Shown: positions 1 to 8,556, counted from the stretch's first letter. The stretch is DNA of 20,000 nucleotides from an uncultured delta proteobacterium (GCA_963848135.1 CAWKCK010000001.1:244175-264174), one strand, 5' to 3'. Made by a program: numbers and translations. Notes: generated from the sequence alone by a model not told the origin.

Positions 1-561
1 ATTGTCTGCTAAATGATCAAGGACCTTCTCCTTTCGCCCGTGCCCCCTGAAATCGCCACTGTAAAAGATTCTCTTGCCCTGTGTCTCCACCAAAAAGGCT
101 GATGCATCATATCCGGAGTGATCCATCAAATAGGAAGTTACTTTGAATGGGCCGACTTGAACAGGCCGCCAGTGTTTAAACAGGCTGATATTGTCACAAT
201 GGATTTTATTCTGCTCAGGATAAAAGATTGTGCCGATATCAATCAGGGCCTGTGAACCTTTGCTCATATAAACCGGTATTGATGGATGGACCAAATTTAA
301 CAGGCCGTAGTGATCGATATGAGCATGAGATACAAACAGGGCATCGACTTCCGGTTGCTGCTCCTTATACAATCCGGCTACATTGGGAAGGATGCCGTTT
401 TCAATGCTTGGTGCTACCAGCTTTTGTTCGTTGATGGCAGTACCGCCTTTTTCCATTAGCGGTGTGCCGATATCAAAGATGATCCGGTGACCATCTGAGT
501 TGATCTCGATACAGCTGCCGCCGATGGTGTGGGCCCCTCTATGGAGAATGATACTTGGCAT
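1..561 (-). CDS. MBL-fold metallo-hydrolase, RNase J/beta-CASP-like (partial; 3' end beyond the left edge)
   Basis: Not in the ORF track (no stop in window). Manual translation from ATG at 561 is open to base 1: MPSIILHRGAHTIGGSCIEINSDGHRIIFDIGTPL...VDALFVSHAHIDHYGLL...MDHSGYDASAFLVETQGKRIFYSGDFRGHGRK. Contains the HxHxDH, DHS and SGDF motifs. Confidence 0.85.
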   Translation of the reverse strand, partial: MPSIILHRGAHTIGGSCIEINSDGHRIIFDIGTPLMEKGGTAINEQKLVAPSIENGILPNVAGLYKEQQPEVDALFVSHAHIDHYGLLNLVHPSIPVYMSKGSQALIDIGTIFYPEQNKIHCDNISLFKHWRPVQVGPFKVTSYLMDHSGYDASAFLVETQGKRIFYSGDFRGHGRKEKVLDHLADN

Positions 562-766
562 TAAATGATATGTTTTACCTCAAATTTTCGCTGTGAACCC
601 CATGGGTCTTTCTCGAATTCGACAAAATAAATTTCTGCATTGATTATGTACTTTTTAATTTCTCGGATATAATCTCTGAACAACTTAGCCCTATCATCAT
701 CACCGATTTCATTAATGATAACGTAGATAATCGGATTATCCCAATCAAGATCATAAAGCTCTTGCA

Positions 767-2163
767 GGAGTTATAATTAAAAGTTGTGTTTAGAAGAAAA
801 GGCGGTGTATCCACCGGAAGATTGTTCGCGGCAGTCAACCGGCCACATTAAAAATGGAAAGGATACACCACCCATGAGCCAGAGATAATGTAATTGATTT
901 AAAAAAGCCAGAGCCGTTTATTGATGATCCGATCACAGAAATCATTCGTCAGGGAGCACGTGAAATTGTTAGCCCAGGCACTTGGAGACCGAGATCGAGC
1001 TTATTATCAGCCAGTATACCGATTTAAAAGACGAGATCGGCAGACAACGCATCGTCAGAAACGGTTACCTGCCAAAGCGCGAGATCCAGTCCGGAGTCGG
1101 TCCGATTGCGGTTAAAGCACCGCGCATTCGGGACCGTCATACAAATCCATCGGAAAGGATTCATTTCAGGTCCTCGATTCTGCCGCCGTATCTTCGCAAA
1201 ACCAAAAGCATCGAGAACGCTTGATTCCCTGGCTGTATCTTAAAGGGTATTTCCACCGGTGATTTTACCAGATGCCCTGGCCGCTCTGGTTGGCAAAGAT
1301 GCCCCTGGCCTGTCACCATCAACCATCAGCCGCTTAAAGGCCAGCTGGCAGCAGGATCTGGATCAGTGGCAAAAGCGCGATCTGAGCGGTAAACAGTACG
1401 TATATTTCTGGGTCGATGGCATTTACTGCAATGTGCGCATGGATGACAAACAGTGCCTGCTGGTCATCATTGGAGCCACCGAAGATGGTCACAAGGAATT
1501 GGTGGCCATCGAGGGCGGCTTCCGGGAAAGCGAATTATCCTGGACCCAGTTGTTGCTGGACCTGAAAGCTCGTGGTCTTGATCAAGGCCCTCAGCTGGCT
1601 ATAGGAGACGGCGGGCTTGGATTTTGGAAAGCACTCAGCCAGGTATATGCCGACACCCGTTGGCAGCGTTGCTGGGTTCACAAGACGGCTAATGTGCTCA
1701 ATAAACTGCCTAAAAGCCTGCAGGCAAAGGCGAAAGACAAGCTGCATCAGATTTGGATGGCCCCGGAAAAGGATGAGGCCCAACGTCACTTCGATGAATT
1801 TGTTCGACTCTACGAGGCCAAATATCCGAAGGCGGCAGAGTGTCTCCAGAAGGATCACGACGTGCTGCTGACCTTTTACGATTTTCCGGCTGAGCACTGG
1901 CGACACATTCGCACGACCAATCCGATTGAATCAACCTTTGCGACGGTAAGGTTGCGAACCAATAAAGTGCGCGGCTGTTTTTCAGCCCAGACCGTGATCA
2001 CGATGGCCTTCAAACTCTGTCAGTGTGCACAGAAACGGTGGATTCGATTACATCACCCTCAGCGCTTGGCAGAAGTAATTCGAGGAGTAAAATTCGTCAA
2101 TGGTGTTGAAGAAAAAAGGATCGCCGCCTAATTTCTCCATACACAACTATTGACTATATCTCC
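767..2163 (+). mobile_element. IS256-family insertion sequence (~1.4 kb)
   Basis: Imperfect terminal inverted repeats: left GGAGTTATAATTAAAAGTTGTGTT (767-790) vs reverse complement of right end GGAGATATAGTCAATAGTTGTGTA (2163-2140), 19/24 identical. They enclose a Mutator-type DDE transposase. No target-site duplication visible. Confidence 0.85.
874..2131 (+). pseudogene. IS256-family (Mutator-like DDE) transposase, several frameshifts in the 5' third (real or sequencing error)
   Basis: Fragments MSQ/DNVIDLKKPEPFIDDPITEIIRQGAR, IVRNGYLPKREIQSGVGPIAVKAPRIRDR and ORF 1259-2131 with YFWVDG, AIGDG, QRCWVHK, IRTTNPIES. Indels near 883, 962, 984 and 1215-1270. Confidence 0.9.
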
Positions 2164-2271
2164 AAGATTTCTTGATAATCATCTAAAAGGCACCTCCCGT
2201 TCGCAAATGACACAGCGATTCGTTATAAAGGGTTAACCGCAACCATAACCCTATAACGTAGGAGGTGCCCT

Positions 2272-3291
2272 ATGGAACTGTATGCCGGTCTGGATCTTCA
2301 TTCAAGAAATACCTACATCGGAATCATGGACGATGCATTGAATCGTGTTTTCAAAAAGCGTGTGGCCAATGACCTTGACCAGATTCTTCACACGTTAGAA
2401 CCCTTCAAAAAACGATTAAAGGGATTCGTTGTAGAGTCCACCTACAACTGGTACTGGCTCGTAGATGGCCTCATGGATGCGGGATATGGCTCTGCACACT
2501 TGGCCAACCCGTCGGCAATCAAACAATACGAAGGGCTAAAGTACAGTGACGATCAGCATGACGCCTTTTTTCTGGCCCAACTTCTCATACTCGGTATTTT
2601 GCCCGAAGGCTACATTTACCCAAAGCAACATCGCCCGGTACGGGACCTGGCACGCAAACGGATGTTTTTAGTCCGGCACAAGACCGCGAACATCTTGAGC
2701 CTGCAATCGCTCATTCAAAGATGCTGTGCAGTAAAAATAAGCACCAGTGACATCCGAAAGATGAACGTCGAAGCATTGGAAAGGTGGCTAAAAGAAGAGT
2801 ACCTGATTTTCTCTGCTCAAACCAGTTTGGATACAATAAATTTTCTCAAGCAGAAGATCAAAAGTATAGAGAAAGCAGTAATAGAAAGAGTAAAACTCAA
2901 AAAAGGGTTCAGGCAATTGCTGACAATACCCGGTATCGGTAACATTCTGGCTATGACTATCATGCTGGAAGTGGGTGACATCAATCGTTTTCCAAAGGTC
3001 GGCAATTTTGCTTCCTACTGTCGGTGCGTGCCATCCAAGCGGTTGTCCGACGGAAAAAGCAAGGGGTGTGGCAATCGTAAAAACGGCAATCGCTACCTGA
3101 GCTGGGCCCTCACTGAAGCCGCTCAATTGGGCCGTCGGTATAATGAACAGTTTAGACGATACTATAACCGCAAGGTTGCTCAGGCCAATACAAGTCTGGC
3201 GACCAAAGCGCTGGGCAACAAACTGGCCCGCATCTGCTACTATATCATGAGAGATCAGGTTCCCTTTCGTGAGGAGCTTCTTGCGCAATAG
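2272..3291 (+). CDS. IS110-family transposase/recombinase (DEDD RuvC-like + Tnp20 domain), 339 aa
   Basis: AGLDLH, VVESTYNW, KYSDDQHDA, LLTIPGIG, SDGK (candidate catalytic Ser), GNRYL. GGAGG RBS at 2261-2265. Confidence 0.95.
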   Translation: MELYAGLDLHSRNTYIGIMDDALNRVFKKRVANDLDQILHTLEPFKKRLKGFVVESTYNWYWLVDGLMDAGYGSAHLANPSAIKQYEGLKYSDDQHDAFFLAQLLILGILPEGYIYPKQHRPVRDLARKRMFLVRHKTANILSLQSLIQRCCAVKISTSDIRKMNVEALERWLKEEYLIFSAQTSLDTINFLKQKIKSIEKAVIERVKLKKGFRQLLTIPGIGNILAMTIMLEVGDINRFPKVGNFASYCRCVPSKRLSDGKSKGCGNRKNGNRYLSWALTEAAQLGRRYNEQFRRYYNRKVAQANTSLATKALGNKLARICYYIMRDQVPFREELLAQ

Positions 3292-3600
3292 TTTGGGACT
3301 GCAGCGGTGATCCTTTGCTATTGGTGGTTAAAATCCCTATTGCTTGGTTGGCCACCGCTGCACTCCCTACAAAATAGATTCAGGCGGGTGTCCGCTTTTT
3401 CGATCTGCCCTTGTCATAAGCTCGCAATGGCTGGCCCGAAAGGAGCCCTATCTCTTGTGACAACCCAATTGGCTTTGACAAGGTACCGATCTTTTTCTGG
3501 GGTCCGATTACGGACCAGGGGCTTTAGATATTCTCTCTTTGGCCTTGATCCTGATGGGTGCCTGTTAGCAGATTAAGTGACGCTGCACAGCAAACAAAAA
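3292..3600 (+). ncRNA. Predicted bridge/seek RNA of IS110 copy 1 (ends approximate)
   Basis: Stem TGCAGCGGTG (3300-3309)/CACCGCTGCA (3353-3362) closes a loop with segments matching the insertion flanks. Second stem CCTTGTCA (3409-3416)/TGACAAGG (3476-3483) has an internal GAAA hairpin. Hairpin GGTCCG-N4-CGGACC (3501-3516). Position downstream of tnp fits IS1111-type elements. Confidence 0.75.
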
Positions 3601-3864
3601 GAAATTTCGGGAGCAGGTAAAAAAATAGGACGAACGCCGTACTGAATTATAGTCCTGCAAAAAAATGTACCCCTTTTGCGATGGCGAGGTGTTTTTTGTT
3701 GACGGAAGCCTTTTAATGGGTGCCAATAGCTGGATTTTCAGTTTCCAAGGATTTTCTAAGTTTAGAATTTGGCTATCACAAGTCTTTGAGGTACATCCAC
3801 AGTTTCGATAGATAGCAGGTATCTTTAATTCAATTCGCTTTCAGGCAAAAGACTGTAATCTGAC

Positions 3865-4329
3865 TCACCGATTCTTAGAATCTTTACATTCAAGCTTCTG
3901 GATAATTGCCCTGCAAAAATCTTTTCTTTCTTTGTCCAAGCAATATTTGTGAATCGGGTTTAATAGTTTATATACCCCGTGTGTTTTCGGGACCACGGTG
4001 TGGACCACTTTGGTCGTATGGTCTTCTGAGAGCAACTGATAATCTATGTAGGATGAAAACAGAGGAAAAATAGAAAAGGTTGTTTGATCAATCGCAAACC
4101 TGACTGGAGGGTCGTATCTGACTATTTTCCCGACGCTTTTGCAACCAAAACGCATCTTGTCCACGAATGTTGTATTCAAACCTTTGGTTATTTCCGAAGT
4201 TATCGTTGTCCCATAGTAGACCCAACTGCATTGAGGGGCCCAATCATTGTAATGCGCGATGTCGCTGATAACTTCGAAAACTTCGTTGATTGGCTTTCTT
4301 ACAGCAAATTTTACCATTGCGGGTTTCAT
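3865..4329 (-). CDS. SRPBCC/START-like (polyketide cyclase/dehydrase family) ligand-binding protein, 154 aa
   Basis: N-terminal VRKPINEVFEVISDIAHYNDWAP signature, VRYDPPVRFAI and a C-terminal helix; typical size. Follows the cyclase gene after a 46 bp gap. Confidence 0.7.
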   Translation of the reverse strand: MKPAMVKFAVRKPINEVFEVISDIAHYNDWAPQCSWVYYGTTITSEITKGLNTTFVDKMRFGCKSVGKIVRYDPPVRFAIDQTTFSIFPLFSSYIDYQLLSEDHTTKVVHTVVPKTHGVYKLLNPIHKYCLDKERKDFCRAIIQKLECKDSKNR

Positions 4330-4375
4330 ATCTTAGCCTCGATGAATATTTGCATACCAGCGGCGACCCAGCCTT

Positions 4376-6154
4376 CTAAGCCATTAGGGGTATACCTGCT
4401 TTTCTTAAATCATTATGCTGGCGTTCCAAATGTGTTTTGTACTTATAGAGCCCATAGCTTTTATCCCATTCAAGGGAATAACCGGGAAACTCCCTCATGA
4501 CATTCCGTGCGGCCCGTCGTGCATCTTTCTCACGCCCAAGTCTTACGTAGTTCATAGCCAAGAGAGCATAATACAAATACAATAAATCGGTCTCATTCCG
4601 GCTAATGGACAAATCCTTGAACTGTTTCGCGGTCTCCAATGCTTCGCGAAACTTGTCCAAGTAATAGTAGCACAACGCAAGTTCCGCTAAAAACCAGGTG
4701 GGATAAAACGGTTGAAGGCGTAGAGCCTTTCTGACCATCACGATGGCTTCCTCGAATCTCCCATTAAACCGGAGTATATGCGCCATAACGGCATGGACAT
4801 CGGCGCTGTTTGGGCCCAAAACAATGGCTTGTTGTCCTTTTTCGACCGCCATGCTGTGCTCGCCATTGTAAAGGTGAAAAATTCCCGACAATATATGGAC
4901 CTCCGGATGATGATCATCCAAGGAACGCGCTCTTTCGACCATCAATATAGCATTTTGGAAAGATGCTTCACGGGAATCACTCCATCCAAACCTGGCTTCA
5001 AATATGTTTACCCATGCGATCAGGATGTACGGATCGATGTAACTTTCATCCGCTTCAATAGCCTCGTATGACAGCTGTTTCGCTTTGAAATGGCCCTCCT
5101 TGGTGATGCCCCACAGTTGGTTACGTGCCTGAAGATATTTCAGATACGACTCAAGGTTATTTGTCCTTTTAGCCCAGAATGCGGCCTGCTCGCCTTCAGT
5201 GAGTTTCACCTGCAAAGCTGTCAATACCTTGAAAGCGATTTCATCTTGCAAACTGAAGATATCATTAAGCTCACGATCATATCTATTCGCCCACAGGTGA
5301 TACCCTGATACGGCGTCCACTAGTTGAGCAGTTATTCGCAGCCGTTTTTTTGACTTTCGCAAACTACCCTCAAGGATGTACTGTACACCCAGTTCCAGAC
5401 TTATTCGCTGGACTTTTACCGACCGATTTTTATACACGAACGATGAATTGCGGGCGATTACGAAAATTTTCGGTACTTTAGAGAGTGCTGTAATGATCTC
5501 CTCAGCAATTCCGTCACTGATATATTCCTGCCCAGGATCTTCACTCAAATTGTCGAATGGCAAAACGGCGATGGAGGGATCTGTTGGGATCTCATGCTTT
5601 GTGTCCGAGCTTGGAATCGAGAAGTCTGAATTTTTCAAGACTCGAAAGACTTTGACTGGATCGGAAATATTCTTGACAGTGTGTTCGCCAATATATTCAT
5701 ATCCCAAATCAAGCTTATTTTTAATTTGGTCATATACGCTCTTCGAAAGACAAATACCTCCCGGATTTGAGAGGCTTTCAATCCTTGCCGCGATATTTAC
5801 AGCATCACCATAAATTCGTTCCCCCCTTATAATAATATCGCCCATGTTGATACCAATGCGGAATTCCATTTTCCGGTTTTGGGGCAACTCGGCATTCCTT
5901 AGGGCCAGTTGGTTCTGTACTTCAAGGGAAGCCTCAACAACGTCAACTGCACTGTCAAAAGATGCGAGAATATTGTCCCCTGGTGAATCAATAACGCGAC
6001 CACTGAATCGTGTAACTATTTCGGATATTAATCCCCGATACTCTTCTATGGTGGCGACTGTGGATAGCTCATTGTCCCCCATAAGTCGGCTATATCCTTT
6101 GACATCCGCGCTAAATATTGCCGAAAGTTTACGATTAGGTCTCTTGGATTCCAT
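4376..6154 (-). CDS. Class III adenylate/guanylate cyclase-domain protein with TolB_N-like domain and TPR repeats, 592 aa, no predicted TM helix
   Basis: SADVKGYSRLM (D17), IDSPGDN (D60), FRIGINMGD, IYGDAVNIAARIE (N120, R124); PSIAVLPFDNLS...VIARNSSF...LEGS...RITAQL; C-terminal TPR-like helices. Confidence 0.92.
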   Translation of the reverse strand: MESKRPNRKLSAIFSADVKGYSRLMGDNELSTVATIEEYRGLISEIVTRFSGRVIDSPGDNILASFDSAVDVVEASLEVQNQLALRNAELPQNRKMEFRIGINMGDIIIRGERIYGDAVNIAARIESLSNPGGICLSKSVYDQIKNKLDLGYEYIGEHTVKNISDPVKVFRVLKNSDFSIPSSDTKHEIPTDPSIAVLPFDNLSEDPGQEYISDGIAEEIITALSKVPKIFVIARNSSFVYKNRSVKVQRISLELGVQYILEGSLRKSKKRLRITAQLVDAVSGYHLWANRYDRELNDIFSLQDEIAFKVLTALQVKLTEGEQAAFWAKRTNNLESYLKYLQARNQLWGITKEGHFKAKQLSYEAIEADESYIDPYILIAWVNIFEARFGWSDSREASFQNAILMVERARSLDDHHPEVHILSGIFHLYNGEHSMAVEKGQQAIVLGPNSADVHAVMAHILRFNGRFEEAIVMVRKALRLQPFYPTWFLAELALCYYYLDKFREALETAKQFKDLSISRNETDLLYLYYALLAMNYVRLGREKDARRAARNVMREFPGYSLEWDKSYGLYKYKTHLERQHNDLRKAGIPLMA

Positions 6155-6563
6155 TTAAATGTCCGTTTGATATTCTCGTAATTTTAACCATCGAAATGAC
6201 ATCAGTATAATACGTATAGTAACTGCATTTCCGACGAAGACAGACTGAATAAATTGAATATAAACAATGGGTAGGTGAGCAAATACGTTGCTCAATGTTT
6301 ACACGGGGAACATTGAATCTAAAGGTGAAATTGTCAAGTATACAGGGATTTCATCAGCTTAGGAGCAGGCTTCGTATGTATCTAATATTGAAAACATTAA
6401 CCAAGTTCATAGATAACGATTTAAAAACTGTACTTAATAGTAAGACATGAAACTATGAACAGCTTGATAATCATCTAAAAGGCACCTCCCAATCGCAAAG
6501 GACATCGCGATTCGTTATAAAGGGTTAACCGCAATCATAACCCTATAATCCAGGAGGTGCCCT

Positions 6564-7583
6564 ATGGAACTGTATGCCGGTTTGGATCTTCATTCAAGAA
6601 ATACCTACATCGGAATCATGGACGATGCATTTAACCGTGTCTTCAAAAAACGTGTATCCAATGATCTTGACCAAATTCTTCATACTTTAAAGCCCTTCAA
6701 AAAACGACTAAAGGGATTTGTTGTTGAGTCCACCTACAACTGGTACTGGCTCGTCGATGGCCTCATGGGTGCCGGATATGGCATTGCGCACCTGGCCAAC
6801 CCGTCGGCCATCAAGCAATATGAAGGTCTAAAGTACAGTGACGATCAGCACGACGCTTTCTTTCTGGCCAAACTTCTCATACTCGGCATTTTGCCCGAAG
6901 GTTACATTTACCCAAAGGACCATCGTCCGGTGCGTGACCTGGCTCGCAAACGGATGTTTTTAGTCCGGCACAAGACCGCCAATATTTTGAGCCTGCAATC
7001 TTTCATTCAACGGTGTTGTTGCGTAAAAATAAGTACAGGTGATATTCGCAATCTGACCGTCGAAGCATTACAAGAGTGGTTAAAAGAAGAGTATTTGGTT
7101 ATCTCGGCCCAAACCAGTTTGGATACAATCAACTTTCTGAAGGAGAAGATTAAACGTTTAGAGAAAGCGATCATACAGAGAGTCAAACTCAAAAAAGAGT
7201 TCGGGCAATTGCTGACAATACCCGGTATCGGTAACATCCTGGCAATGACTATCATGTTGGAAGTGGGTGACATCAAGCGTTTTCCAAAGGTCGGTAATTT
7301 TGCTTCCTACTGTCGGTGTGTACCATCGAAGCGGTTATCCGACGGAAAAAGCAAGGGGTGTGGCAATCGTAAAAACGGCAATCGCTACCTGAGTTGGGCG
7401 CTCACTGAAGCCGCTCAATTGGGCCGTCGGTATAATGAACCGTTCAGACGATACTATAACCGCAAGGCCGCTCAGGCCAATACAAGCCTTGCGACCAAAG
7501 CGCTGGGTAACAAACTGGCCCGCATCTGCTACTATATCATGAGAGATCAAGTCCCCTTTCGGGAGGAGCTTATTGCGCACTAG
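6564..7583 (+). CDS. IS110-family transposase/recombinase, 339 aa (about 91% identical to copy 1; 29 differences by manual count)
   Basis: Same DEDD and SDGK motifs; collinear with 2272-3291. Confidence 0.95.
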   Translation: MELYAGLDLHSRNTYIGIMDDAFNRVFKKRVSNDLDQILHTLKPFKKRLKGFVVESTYNWYWLVDGLMGAGYGIAHLANPSAIKQYEGLKYSDDQHDAFFLAKLLILGILPEGYIYPKDHRPVRDLARKRMFLVRHKTANILSLQSFIQRCCCVKISTGDIRNLTVEALQEWLKEEYLVISAQTSLDTINFLKEKIKRLEKAIIQRVKLKKEFGQLLTIPGIGNILAMTIMLEVGDIKRFPKVGNFASYCRCVPSKRLSDGKSKGCGNRKNGNRYLSWALTEAAQLGRRYNEPFRRYYNRKAAQANTSLATKALGNKLARICYYIMRDQVPFREELIAH

Positions 7584-7893
7584 TTTGGGACTGCAGCGGT
7601 GATCCCTACATATTGGTGGTGAAAATCCCTGTTGCTTGGTTGGTACACCGCTGCACTCCCTACAAAATAAATTCAGGCGGGTGTCCGCTTTTTCGATCTG
7701 CCCTTGTCATAAGCTCGCAATGGCTGGCCCGAAAGGAGCCCTATCTCTTGTGACAACCCAATTGGCTTTGACAAGGTACCGATCTTTTTCTGGGGTCCGG
7801 TATCGGACCAGGGGCTTTAGATATTCTCTCTTTGGCCTTGATCCTGATGGGTGCCTGTTAGCAGATTAAGTGACGCTGCACAGCAAACAAAAA
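7584..7893 (+). ncRNA. Predicted bridge/seek RNA of IS110 copy 2 (ends approximate)
   Basis: Same stems as copy 1 (7592-7601/7646-7655; 7702-7709/7769-7776). Sequence changes fall mostly in the first loop and in hairpin loops. Confidence 0.75.
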
Positions 7894-8118
7894 GAAATTT
7901 CGGGAGCAGGTAAAAAAATAGAACGAACGTCGAACTGAATTTTGTTCCTGCAAAAAAATATACCCCTTTTGCGATGGCGTGGTGTTTTTTGTTGACGGAA
8001 GCCTTTTAATGGGTGCCAATATATTCACCGAGGGCAAATGGCGGTGGACCCCAATATAGAGTGGTCGGCTAAAATTCTGCGAAACTTATGATACCATTCA
8101 AATATCTGCATGATCGCA

Positions 8119-8152
8119 AAACTACATATATGTCAGATGGTATATGTAGTTT
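8119..8152. repeat. Perfect 12-bp inverted repeat, 10-nt spacer (operator or hairpin)
   Basis: AAACTACATATA (8119-8130) / TATATGTAGTTT (8141-8152). Confidence 0.6.
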
Positions 8153-8513
8153 GTCAGATTTCATTAGACCTCACATATAGGAATGTAAGTTCAAGTCTCA
8201 ATTTTCACACCTAAGAGGATAGAATTTATTATACATTCATAAATATATCCTATATTTGAAATTTCTCCACAAATGAGGTATGTCCTTTCCTTATTTATTC
8301 CGAATAACTGAGCAGGGCTACTTGACATAAGGTCAATATTCGGTAGAAACAAAGTTGTTAGAGCTTTAACAAAGATCCGGGGATTTTTACCTACCCTTTT
8401 GGTTGGTAAGAATTAGACAAATTTCAGCCGCGCTTTCGATCATTAATGACCTGAGTGTATTGTTAAGTGCGATACAATGAATGGTTATTAAATTTCTGAA
8501 CGGGCGTTATATT

Positions 8514-8556
8514 TGTGCCGCGGACCTTATGTTTTGTGGACGGAACTTATGTTTTG
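8514..8556 (+). repeat. TGT-initiated tandem repeats with 20-bp period; possible Tn7/Mu-like transposon end
   Basis: TGTGCCG, then CGGACCTTATGTTTTG (8521-8536) and CGGAACTTATGTTTTG (8541-8556). Partial copies: GGACCTTAT at 8714-8722 and inverted ACATAAGGTC at 8325-8334. The repeat is certain; the transposon-end reading is inference. Confidence 0.5.

Larger units (their letters stand above)
2173..3722 (+). mobile_element. IS110-family element, IS1111-type layout (short 5' end, long 3' non-coding end), copy 1; TG core at both ends
   Basis: Homologous to 6465-8015 along its whole length. Boundaries ct[TG]ataatcatctaaaaggc ... gccttttaatggg[TG]ccaata. Sub-terminal inverted repeat core TAAAAGGC/GCCTTTTA. 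Confidence 0.9.
6465..8015 (+). mobile_element. IS110-family element, IS1111-type layout, copy 2; TG core at both ends
   Basis: Same ends as copy 1: gct[TG]ataatcatctaaaaggc ... gccttttaatggg[TG]ccaatat. Confidence 0.9.

Noticed and set aside
228..434. 68-aa + strand ORF
   Set aside because: Antisense to the MBL hydrolase, which has clear motifs.
644..838. 64-aa - strand ORF
   Set aside because: It spans the IS256 left inverted repeat and has no recognisable motif.
3307..3576. 89-aa ORF (and 77-aa counterpart 7636-7869) after the IS110 transposase
   Set aside because: It overlaps the structured non-coding end; a 1-nt indel between copies changes the N-terminus while stems are preserved; no RBS. 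Better explained as RNA.
4084..6158. Several + strand ORFs (4084-4500, 4778-5071, 5090-5308, 5376-5813, 5844-6158) and other shadow ORFs inside tnp, lipoprotein and BREX genes
   Set aside because: Antisense or out-of-frame shadows of well-supported genes.
8521..8556. Tandem repeats as a CRISPR array
   Set aside because: Only two 16-bp units with a 4-nt gap; no spacers and no cas genes.
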